Made by a program: the position numbers and the translations under genes. From an uncultured Staphylococcaceae bacterium (GTDB taxonomy: Bacteria; Bacillota_I; Bacilli_A; ML615J-28; CAG-313), in NCBI GenBank assembly GCA_964474685.1, contig CAYYTE010000001.1, positions 40,599 through 85,391 of the forward strand: a stretch of 44,793 bases of DNA, given 5' to 3'. Below, piece after piece: positions 1-8,196 of the stretch. Every line of letters begins with the position of its first letter. Position 1 is the first letter of the stretch. Under the pieces are notes generated by a model. The model saw only the letters and a program-made list of their open reading frames with translations. It ran no database searches and had not been told where the DNA came from.

Positions 1-1920
1 AACGAAGTTGGTTATTTAGCTGAAGGCTGGGTAGCAGATAAATGGGACTATGCTTGGGAACAAGATGGTGGACATATGGCTATTGCTTTCGTATCTTCTG
101 AAGGCGGAGCTGCTAAATTAACAGATGCTCAAAAAGCTGTAGATACTACGGATGCTGATGGTTTCCGTAAGTGTGTAAAAGAAATCTTCTTACCTGCTGG
201 CGGCTGGAGTTATGACTTTGGTTACCTAGACAAAGGTGTTGCTGAACATTATGCAAACTTCAACCAAATGTGGACTTCAAGTTACAAGTTTGGTAGAGTT
301 GCTGCTGATGCTGAAATTCCTTATGCAAAACAAAAAACATATAATTTCAGTTCTTCTGGAATTAAAGCAAAAGATGTAATTCGTAATGATGTTTCTTATC
401 AATTAAAAGAAGGAACAAACATTATCGAAGTATTACAAGGCTCTGTTTTCAAACCTGGAGACAATGTAAGTTATACTGGTTTAACTCGTTATTGGGGAAC
501 TCAAGATGACGTTCAAAGTTATACTGCAGATGCTTCTAAATGTGAATTCAAATTAGCAGTTAACGGAACAAACGTTGTTACAAAAGCAAAATATGAATCA
601 TGGGATGCAATGTGTGATGATTTTAATAAAGATTACAATTACTTTGCACATGAAGTTAAAAAACTAGTATTAGATACTACATTTGATTGTAGAGAAGGAA
701 AACTAGTTAACCTTTCTTGGGAATTCATTTCTCCTAATGCTACTGGTAATAACTTCTATGATTATTATGAAGGCAAATGGGATTGGTTATCTGAGTATAT
801 TCATGGATACTGTGTATCATTAGCTAATGATCCTCAATTCAGTGTTTATGCTGGAACAGCTTGGGCTGGAAACTTTGCTTCTACAAAGACTACAGCTTCT
901 CCTTACAACTACTTCTTATTATTCAATGCATTCTTCACTGGCGGACGTTGCTTCGTTAATGATGCAAATAAGGGTTGGGTAGTTCCTGCTGCACAAAATG
1001 AAACAGATTTCAATGGTTATACAATTGATACTACTACTGCTGCAATCGATGAACAATACAATGTAGCATACACTGTTATTGGAGCTTCTGCTTCTGACAC
1101 TCGTATTATTAAGTATGTAGTTGTTGATTCTTATACTCCTATTCTAAAGATTAATGAAGATAAACTTCACATTGATCCAAGAATAGTTGATGAAAAAGCT
1201 GTAGTTGATCCAATTGATCCTTATTCATTAGTTACTGCTTACAATGCTAAGTACTCACAAAGTGCTGCTGGAAACGGTATCTATGGAATGGATATCACTA
1301 CTGAAGTAGTATTCTCTGGTGTTGATGCTTCTTTCTGGGCTAAACCAAAAGAAGGCGAACATTCAATCACTGCTACTATTACTCGTAATGGTAAGATTGT
1401 TCAAAAGACATTTACATTATATATCGCTGATATCACTGCTCCTAACGTTTACACTCGTAATGTAACTTTAGCTTATGGTTCTGATTTCACTGCTGATATG
1501 GGTATCGTATTTGCTTATGATGCTGTAGATGGTGATTTAACTCAATCTGGTGTTCAATGGTACTCAGATCGTTCTAATCCGAAGGTTGATACAACAAAAC
1601 CTGCTAAATATACAGTTTCTGTTGAAGTATCTGATAGATCTGCTAATACTAAAACTGTAAGTTATACAGTTACAGTATTACCTAAGGTTTTAACTGATAC
1701 TACTGATCTTCAAAATCAATTAGAAGATGCTGCTGATGTAATTGACTCATTAAAGACTCAATTAGATGCAATGACTAAGAAATTAGAAGAATTACAAACA
1801 AAACTTGCAACAGTTGATACAAATACTACTCCTGGTTGTAAGTCAAAGAGTGCTTATGTATTCCAAATCGTAGGTGCTGCTGCTCTTGCTTTAATTTTAT
1901 TAAAGAAGAAAGAAAACTAA
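1..1920 (+). CDS. Surface-exposed protein (5' end outside window) with bacterial Ig-like repeats, coiled-coil stalk and C-terminal membrane anchor
   Basis: Frame 1 is open from base 1, with no stop before the first ATG at 76, so the gene very likely starts upstream. It has Ig-like segments (DSYTPILKINEDKL... and DITAPNVYTRNVTLAYGSDFTADMGIVFAYDAVDGDLT, DUF5011-like). These are followed by a heptad-rich stretch, LQNQLEDAADVIDSLKTQLDAMTKKLEELQTKL, and then GCKSKSAYVFQIVGAAALALILLKKKEN-stop. Confidence 0.6.
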   Translation, partial: NEVGYLAEGWVADKWDYAWEQDGGHMAIAFVSSEGGAAKLTDAQKAVDTTDADGFRKCVKEIFLPAGGWSYDFGYLDKGVAEHYANFNQMWTSSYKFGRVAADAEIPYAKQKTYNFSSSGIKAKDVIRNDVSYQLKEGTNIIEVLQGSVFKPGDNVSYTGLTRYWGTQDDVQSYTADASKCEFKLAVNGTNVVTKAKYESWDAMCDDFNKDYNYFAHEVKKLVLDTTFDCREGKLVNLSWEFISPNATGNNFYDYYEGKWDWLSEYIHGYCVSLANDPQFSVYAGTAWAGNFASTKTTASPYNYFLLFNAFFTGGRCFVNDANKGWVVPAAQNETDFNGYTIDTTTAAIDEQYNVAYTVIGASASDTRIIKYVVVDSYTPILKINEDKLHIDPRIVDEKAVVDPIDPYSLVTAYNAKYSQSAAGNGIYGMDITTEVVFSGVDASFWAKPKEGEHSITATITRNGKIVQKTFTLYIADITAPNVYTRNVTLAYGSDFTADMGIVFAYDAVDGDLTQSGVQWYSDRSNPKVDTTKPAKYTVSVEVSDRSANTKTVSYTVTVLPKVLTDTTDLQNQLEDAADVIDSLKTQLDAMTKKLEELQTKLATVDTNTTPGCKSKSAYVFQIVGAAALALILLKKKEN

Positions 1921-1929
1921 TTAATAAAT

Positions 1930-1962
1930 AAGAGGGCGGGAGAAATCTAAACCCTCTTAATT
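1930..1962 (+). terminator. Possible intrinsic terminator after the surface protein gene
   Basis: Stem aagaggg (1930-1936) pairs with ccctctt (1952-1958). The T tract is weak (aattta). Confidence 0.4.
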
Positions 1963-1985
1963 TATTGTGAAATGGACGAACAAAG

Positions 1986-2933
1986 ATGAAACAAATTATT
2001 GAATTAAAAAAAGCAAAGAATTTTGAAGAACTATATACTCTTTGGAACGAAGAGTATGGGATGATATATCCAATTACAAAAGAATTATGGTTATTTAATT
2101 TATCAAATTCCTATGATCCTGCAACTCTTGTTTGTGTTGTAGATGATGAAGTGGTTGGTTTTATTATTGGAAAGGTTTGGAAAGATGATTTTAAAATTTC
2201 AGCATACCTTGATCAATCATGGGTAAGCTTAATCTTTGTTAAAAAAGCATTTAGACATCAAGGAATTGGTAAAGAATTAATAACACGAGTTTCAAATGAG
2301 TTTAAGTCGCTTGGGAAAACGACTATGAACTTAGGTCGTGATTATCACCCTTTCTTTCCAGGACTTCCTACTGATTTAAAATCAAGTAGAATTAGTCTTG
2401 AAAAATTAGGATTTAATTTTTCATCGGATACCTTTGATGTAATAAAAAATAAAAATTATGGATTACTTCCTCTAAAAAGTAAAGGATATATATATCGATT
2501 TGGCAAGCCTACGGATAGGGCGGGTCTTCTCGATTTCCTAAATCGCAATTGGCCCGGAAGATGGACCAAAGAAGCGATGGATTATTTTGAACAAGGTGGA
2601 ACAGGTAGAGAGTATTTATTGTGTCTTGATGGCAATCAAGTGATTGGATTTGCGAAAGTAAATTTTCCAGACACACCAGTAAAATTAATAAGTTATAACA
2701 AGACTTGGAGTGCAAGATTTTCTGCACTTGCGGGAATTGGTCCTTTAGGAGTTGATAAGGATTATCGGGGAAAAGAGATTGGGTATGATTTAGTTGCCAA
2801 AGCAACCAATGAATTAAACAATCCGGAAGTATCGGATATTATTATTGACTGGACCGGACTTTTAGATTTCTATCGTTTGATGGGATATGAAGTTTGGAAA
2901 TCTTATTATTATGCTGATAAAAAAATATTTTAG
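1986..2933 (+). CDS. Two-domain GNAT-family N-acetyltransferase
   Basis: There are two acetyl-CoA binding-type motifs: IFVKKAFRHQGIGKELITRV in the N-terminal half and GVDKDYRGKEIGYDLVAKA in the C-terminal half. At 315 aa it is consistent with tandem GNAT folds. Confidence 0.65.
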   Translation: MKQIIELKKAKNFEELYTLWNEEYGMIYPITKELWLFNLSNSYDPATLVCVVDDEVVGFIIGKVWKDDFKISAYLDQSWVSLIFVKKAFRHQGIGKELITRVSNEFKSLGKTTMNLGRDYHPFFPGLPTDLKSSRISLEKLGFNFSSDTFDVIKNKNYGLLPLKSKGYIYRFGKPTDRAGLLDFLNRNWPGRWTKEAMDYFEQGGTGREYLLCLDGNQVIGFAKVNFPDTPVKLISYNKTWSARFSALAGIGPLGVDKDYRGKEIGYDLVAKATNELNNPEVSDIIIDWTGLLDFYRLMGYEVWKSYYYADKKIF

Positions 2934-2946
2934 AAAGGATTAGATT

Positions 2947-4779
2947 ATGAAAAAAACTATTAAAAGAATGTTCCTTCTATTTGTCGCATTTGCTTGTATT
3001 TTTGTTGTTTCTTGTAAGAAAGACGACGACGGCGGCGGTGGCGGCGGCGGCGATGTTGATGCCAAAACTTATAACATTACTTATGTTTTAAATGGTGGAA
3101 CTTTATCAGGCGAATATGCGACAACATATAAAACAGGAACTGAAGTTACACTTCCTGAACCAACAAATACAGATGCTTCAAAAACATTTGGTGGTTGGTA
3201 TGAAAATGAGGCTTTAACTGGAACTGTTGTAGAAACTATTTCTTCTTCAGCTACAGGTGATAAAACTTTCTATGCTCAATGGATTTTAAAATATGCTCCA
3301 AAGCACAAATTAAATCAAGTTGGATTCCAAGGAAAAGGAATGACAATCGGCATTAAAGTATTACCAGTTTCTCAATATGACCCATTTGATTCAGGTTATA
3401 CAGGAACTCATAAAACAATCATGCAAAAGCATCAAAGATTAGTTGAAGATGCTTATAACGTTGTTATTAAATGGAGTGCTTGGAATGACTCTGCTCCTTG
3501 GGGACCTGAACGTGTAAAGTTCATTAAACAAAGTTACCTTGATGGTTCCTTTGCTGATGAAGGCACATATATTGTTACCCTAGATTCAAACTGGATTCCT
3601 ACTCTTACTAAAGCGGACGCTTTAGCTGCATTAGGCACAAAAGATAATGGCGAAGGTATTTTTAAAGATTTTGGTTATGAACAAAATACAACGATTAATG
3701 AGGCTTGTTCTGTACAAGGAAAAGTATATGGTTATGAAATTGGTGATGTTCGTCCGGATCAATTTATCTATTATAATGCTGATTTAGCTGCTGAATGTGG
3801 ACTAGAAGATCCTGCTGAAATGTGGTTTAAAGGCACTTGGACTCTTTCAAATTATGAAAGTTGGGTTCAAAAAGCTCAAACTGCATTAGCTGGTAAAGAA
3901 GGCACATTCTATGCAGTTGACTTTGGTGCTGCTGAATATACAATCGCAATGACTGGTTCATTAGGCGCTCAAATGGTAAAACAAGATCCTGCTGCAGTTT
4001 TATTTACTAAAACAAGTGTTACTAGAGTATTTGATGAGGCTCAAAAATTATATTCTCAAAATATGTGGAATAAGGCTCATGGTACAAATGATGTATCTAC
4101 TGAATTCTTACAAGGAAATACAATTTTAACATCTGGTTCCTTATGGTTCTTAAAGGATCAAACTCGTTTTGACCCAAATAAGATTACATTTGAAATTGGT
4201 TGTGTTCCTTACCCTTGTTCTGATGGTAATGGTGGTGTTCCTGTAACAACTACGAATGTTGAAGAAGCAATTCTTTCAAGAACAAATGAACCATTAACTA
4301 CAGAGGGTGGTGCTTACATTTCAGGTGTGAATATGGATGCATCTACTTACCAATGCCCTTATACTTCTGGTGGTTGTTTCTCTATTATGAATATTCAAAA
4401 TGGTAAAAACAACATTACTTCTTCAATTGCTTTCGGTATTATCTATGACCTTCAATCAGGCTTAGGCGATGATCCAAAAGAAATTGCGGATGGCACTGTT
4501 ATGACTCCAGATGAAGGATATGAAGTATATCTTGAAGCTCGTTTCGACCACAAGATTTATGTTGATACAATTATGTCTGTTCAAAATAACACTTATTTTG
4601 AAATGATGGAATTATTATCAATGACAGTTGGTGGCGGTTCTCACTTTGGACCTGATGCTTTCTGGCCTCTTGCTCAAAAGATTGTTTCTAATACAAGCTT
4701 AAATGCTCAAACAACTCTTGCGAGTGTTCTTGACAAGTATAAACAAGCTTTAAGTGATTTAGGTTACATTGTAGCTTAA
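2947..4779 (+). CDS. ABC transporter substrate-binding lipoprotein (family 1, sugar type) with N-terminal Listeria-Bacteroides repeat module
   Basis: Signal peptide with lipobox FVVSC and an RBS aaagga. A DDDGGGGGGGD linker is followed by a repeat module (YNITYVLNGGTL...FGGWYENEALTG...FYAQW). The remaining ~480 aa resemble CUT1-type sugar-binding proteins (DQFIYYNADLAAECGLEDPAEMWFKGTWT). Confidence 0.7.
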   Translation: MKKTIKRMFLLFVAFACIFVVSCKKDDDGGGGGGGDVDAKTYNITYVLNGGTLSGEYATTYKTGTEVTLPEPTNTDASKTFGGWYENEALTGTVVETISSSATGDKTFYAQWILKYAPKHKLNQVGFQGKGMTIGIKVLPVSQYDPFDSGYTGTHKTIMQKHQRLVEDAYNVVIKWSAWNDSAPWGPERVKFIKQSYLDGSFADEGTYIVTLDSNWIPTLTKADALAALGTKDNGEGIFKDFGYEQNTTINEACSVQGKVYGYEIGDVRPDQFIYYNADLAAECGLEDPAEMWFKGTWTLSNYESWVQKAQTALAGKEGTFYAVDFGAAEYTIAMTGSLGAQMVKQDPAAVLFTKTSVTRVFDEAQKLYSQNMWNKAHGTNDVSTEFLQGNTILTSGSLWFLKDQTRFDPNKITFEIGCVPYPCSDGNGGVPVTTTNVEEAILSRTNEPLTTEGGAYISGVNMDASTYQCPYTSGGCFSIMNIQNGKNNITSSIAFGIIYDLQSGLGDDPKEIADGTVMTPDEGYEVYLEARFDHKIYVDTIMSVQNNTYFEMMELLSMTVGGGSHFGPDAFWPLAQKIVSNTSLNAQTTLASVLDKYKQALSDLGYIVA

Positions 4780-4796
4780 TCATTCATTGATTATTC

Positions 4797-4833
4797 GACT
4801 CATAGAATTTGTATAAATTCGATGAGTCTTTTT
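4797..4833 (+). terminator. Intrinsic terminator downstream of the binding-protein gene
   Basis: gactcatagaattt pairs with aaattcgatgagtc (13 of 14 bases) and is followed by ttttt. Confidence 0.6.
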
Positions 4834-4944
4834 ATTTTTATCAAAAAACAATTGTGAATTGTTATTAATAGAACTTTTTAGAAGAATTTTATTTTACAAT
4901 ATGTTATACTAATATAGTATAGAATTATTTGAGAGGAAATTATT

Positions 4945-6012
4945 ATGGAACCATATGAATCTAAAATGAATTCCAAATCCTATTTGTTTTTTGAATGGGT
5001 TTATCGACTGATTATTGTTAATATTCTAACGATTCTAATTAGTGGAATATTCTTTATACTACTTGCCTTAATGATTTCGAATTCTTTTTGGAAAGCGTTC
5101 TTATTAATTTTTGCTCTCTTATTAGTTCTTAGTTGTGCATTTCCATCCTATATTGCCCTTATTTCTACAATTAAAGCTCCGATTACGGATGGTGTATGGA
5201 AAATATATTTTGTTAGTTTTAAGAAGTATTATTTCAAAGCATTTAAAGTAGGCCTAATTTTAGAAGTTGTTCTTGGTATTACTTGTTATTCATTTTATTT
5301 TTATTTAAACGCCTCTTCATCTTCCGGACCTTGCGAAATTGCTATTTTACAGGATGGTGAACAAGTTACGACTAAAGGTACGTATGACCGTAATAATTTG
5401 GGAGACTTTATCATATATTCTGCCGAAGGTGATATGATCTATCAAGGCACTTATGAAAAAAAGAAGATCGAGATTAAAAATGCGGATTCATCTATCACTT
5501 ATTTATTCACTGATTATAAGCTTGATGCAAAGAATACGATTTATTCAATGACTACAAGTGAGGGATACGAGGTTCATTTAGTATTAACAGAAGAAAATAC
5601 TGTCAATAGTTTTTTACAAATTGGGTTTTGGATTATGGTTGTTGGCTTAATTGTTTTGTTGTTCTTGTTTATTCAAGTTCCTATGCTCTTTGTTACTTTT
5701 CCTTCCCTTTCCGTTTCGAATTTATTTCGTACTTCCGCATATGTTTCCATTCGTTATGTATTAACAACATTTATTTTTATATTTTTCTTGTTCTTGTCCC
5801 TTTCTTTAATCACTATCTTCCCATTACTTTTTAGCAAGTATTTTGTGGGATTTGTGGGGACATGGACGGTATTTGGTATATCCTTACCACTATTTTTCGC
5901 GATTCGATTATCATCGCCTATTTATTATCAATTTCAAAAATTAAATATAGAAAAAATCTTTTCCGAAGCGGATGCAGATTTTGAAGAAGGAGAAAGAAAT
6001 GGAAAAAACTAA
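4945..6012 (+). CDS. YesL/DUF624-like integral membrane protein with an inserted soluble domain
   Basis: RBS gagagga. The N-terminus YLFFEWVYRLIIVNILTILISGIFF is typical of DUF624 proteins that accompany sugar ABC systems. It has multiple TM helices plus a ~110-aa hydrophilic beta-rich insert (SSSSGPCEIAILQDGEQV...EENTVNS). Confidence 0.5.
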   Translation: MEPYESKMNSKSYLFFEWVYRLIIVNILTILISGIFFILLALMISNSFWKAFLLIFALLLVLSCAFPSYIALISTIKAPITDGVWKIYFVSFKKYYFKAFKVGLILEVVLGITCYSFYFYLNASSSSGPCEIAILQDGEQVTTKGTYDRNNLGDFIIYSAEGDMIYQGTYEKKKIEIKNADSSITYLFTDYKLDAKNTIYSMTTSEGYEVHLVLTEENTVNSFLQIGFWIMVVGLIVLLFLFIQVPMLFVTFPSLSVSNLFRTSAYVSIRYVLTTFIFIFFLFLSLSLITIFPLLFSKYFVGFVGTWTVFGISLPLFFAIRLSSPIYYQFQKLNIEKIFSEADADFEEGERNGKN

Positions 6013-7156
6013 TATATTACTTGGTATTGAACGAGTAGATGAGTATAAAGATTTATTTGAGGGAAAAAGAGTTGGATTAATTACAAATCCGACAGGCATT
6101 GATACTCATTTTAAGTCGAGTATTGATATTTTAAGAGAAAAAACAAATCTTGTTGCACTATTTTCACCAGAGCATGGGGTTCGTGCTTCGATTCAAGCGG
6201 GTATGCATTTAGATACATATATTGACGAAGAAACAGGAATCCCTGTATATAGTTTATATGGTGAGTCTAGAAGACCATCGAAAGAATTAATGGATAAAGT
6301 AGACGTTTTAACGATTGATATTCAAGATGGAGGGTGTCGTTTTTATACGTTTATTTATACAATGGCTTATGCAATGCAAGCTTGTAAAGAATATGGTAAA
6401 GAGTTTGTAGTGTTTGATCGTCCGAATCCGGCGGGTTGTTCTATCTTTGAAGGAACTGCCTTAGATATATCGAAGTATCGTAGTTTTGTTGGATATTATC
6501 CAATGATTCAACGTCATGGAATGACACTTGCGGAACTTGCTATGTTATTCAATGAAGAATATGGTATTGGGTGTCAATTAAAAGTGATTCCAATGCTTCA
6601 TTATACAAGAGATTTAGAGTTTGAACAAACGAGTGCTCAGTGGGTACTACCTTCACCAAACTTTCCAAGAGTAGAAACAGCTTATGTATACAACGCTACC
6701 TGTGTTTTTGAAGGAACCAATATTGCTGAAGGAAGAGGGACTACAACCCCCTTTGAATTATTCGGAGCTCCGTTTATTAACTCAGAAGAACTTGCAAGAG
6801 AATTAAATAGTCTAAATATTCCGGGTGTATATTTCAGGCCACAATGGTTTACTCCTACATTCTCTAAATATATGGGAGTTTTATGTGGTGGGGTTTTCCT
6901 TCATGTAACGAATCGTGAGACCTTTTTATCGGTAAAGACGTCTTTAATATTATTAGATTATATTCGGAATAAATATAAATCAGACTTTGCAATTAATAAA
7001 CCTTATAAAGAGGGGAAACCAACTTTATTTGATTATGAATTAGGGTGTGATGAATTAATTGTTCCAACACTTGATTTAGAAAATCAATTGTTGAAATATG
7101 AAAAGGATACTTTAGAATTTGGAACAATTCGAAAGAAGTATTTACTTTATAAATAG
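5999..7156 (+). CDS. namZ: DUF1343 family exo-beta-N-acetylmuramidase (NamZ-like)
   Basis: VGLITNPTGID, FSPEHG, TGIPVYSLYG, DVLTIDIQDGGCRFYTFIYTM and VFDRPNP are characteristic DUF1343 blocks. I moved the start to the ATG at 5999, which is preceded by gaaggag; the track ORF begins at 5972. Confidence 0.8.
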   Translation: MEKTNILLGIERVDEYKDLFEGKRVGLITNPTGIDTHFKSSIDILREKTNLVALFSPEHGVRASIQAGMHLDTYIDEETGIPVYSLYGESRRPSKELMDKVDVLTIDIQDGGCRFYTFIYTMAYAMQACKEYGKEFVVFDRPNPAGCSIFEGTALDISKYRSFVGYYPMIQRHGMTLAELAMLFNEEYGIGCQLKVIPMLHYTRDLEFEQTSAQWVLPSPNFPRVETAYVYNATCVFEGTNIAEGRGTTTPFELFGAPFINSEELARELNSLNIPGVYFRPQWFTPTFSKYMGVLCGGVFLHVTNRETFLSVKTSLILLDYIRNKYKSDFAINKPYKEGKPTLFDYELGCDELIVPTLDLENQLLKYEKDTLEFGTIRKKYLLYK

Positions 7157-7165
7157 GAGCTATAA

Positions 7166-8194
7166 ATGTTTGAAAAAGGTGTATCAGTTTACGTTGGACT
7201 TGTAGAATATAATCAAGAAGATAATATTAAATATTTAAAACAAGCAAAAAAACTAGGATATAATTTAGTATTTAGTTCTGCACATATTAGTGAGGCGGTG
7301 AGTGAAACCTCTCATTTACAAGCTATAATTAATACTACAAATGAATTAGGTATGCATCTTGTATTAGATGTATCGAAACCGATGTTTTCCTCTTTTAAGA
7401 AACCGAATAATGTGTATTGCTATCGATTAGATTATGGTTTTAGTGATGAAGATATTGTTTCAATGACGAATCAACTCGATTCTTATATTGAATTAAATGC
7501 TTCTACAATTACGATTAATCATTTAAATAAATTAATCTCCATGGGAGCAAACAAGAATCATATTCGAATGAGTTTCAATTTTTATCCGAAACGGCATACA
7601 GGTCATGATATTGAATTTGTAAAAAGAGTTACTACTTTTTGTAAAATTCAAGGGATTGCGGTATCGGCATATGTTCCTTCAAAAAGTGGATTAAGACCAC
7701 CGATGTATGAAGGCCTACCAACAGTTGAATCGCATCGATTGATGCCTTTAGCACTTGCAATTGAGGAATTAAAGGTTGCGGGTGTAGGGGGTATTATATT
7801 TGGTGATAGTTATGCTTCATTGAAAGAATTAAAACAACTCGATGATGCTTGTTGTGATGCGGTTTTATTACCAATAAAGGTATATGATGGTTTTAATGAT
7901 TTAGCCCTATTTAATGAACCCTATGCAATTCGTATTGATAAAAATAGTGAGTTATTAAGGGTTTCTTCAACAAGAACCATCCATCGAATTGAACCTTTCC
8001 ATACAGTAGATAGAAAACCTATGGATGTTACTATTGACAATTCTATGTTTTTAAGGTATGCGGGGGAACTGAATATTGTATTAAAAAATTTAGAAGCGGA
8101 CAAGAGAGTGAATGTAATTGGTCAAGTGGAAGCTACACCTTTCATTTTAAATGAGTTAGGCGACTTACCGATTAAATTTATTATTCGGAGGTAG
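7166..8194 (+). CDS. mupG: DUF871 family protein, MupG-like 6-phospho-N-acetylmuramidase
   Basis: RBS aggag. The N-terminal GVSVYVG...YLKQAKKLGYNLVFSSAHISE pattern, the ~340 aa length and the position beside murQ-pathway genes match the DUF871/MupG family. Confidence 0.7.
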   Translation: MFEKGVSVYVGLVEYNQEDNIKYLKQAKKLGYNLVFSSAHISEAVSETSHLQAIINTTNELGMHLVLDVSKPMFSSFKKPNNVYCYRLDYGFSDEDIVSMTNQLDSYIELNASTITINHLNKLISMGANKNHIRMSFNFYPKRHTGHDIEFVKRVTTFCKIQGIAVSAYVPSKSGLRPPMYEGLPTVESHRLMPLALAIEELKVAGVGGIIFGDSYASLKELKQLDDACCDAVLLPIKVYDGFNDLALFNEPYAIRIDKNSELLRVSSTRTIHRIEPFHTVDRKPMDVTIDNSMFLRYAGELNIVLKNLEADKRVNVIGQVEATPFILNELGDLPIKFIIRR

Positions 8195-8196
8195 GA

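Noticed and set aside
76-1920. The ATG at 76 as the true start of the first ORF
   Set aside because: The reading frame is open from base 1, with no in-frame stop and no RBS before 76. The upstream codons look like ordinary coding sequence, so the gene is treated as 5'-truncated by the window.
2509-2805. Antisense or out-of-frame track ORFs nested in larger genes. These include 2509-2805, 5628-5834, 7921-8103, 9227-9433, 9949-10143, 10291-10533, 10714-10908, 12690-12905, 13551-13736, 19007-19189, 26287-26559, 28257-28442, 30388-30603, 30474-30674, 31675-31899, 31803-31997, 33477-33659, 36253-36588, 37544-37765, 40198-40470, 41571-41777, 42812-43102 and 43003-43242.
   Set aside because: Each lies wholly or mostly inside a longer ORF that has clear family motifs. 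They lack RBS sequences and have low-complexity or Cys/Phe/Leu/Ile-rich compositions typical of chance ORFs in AT-rich DNA.
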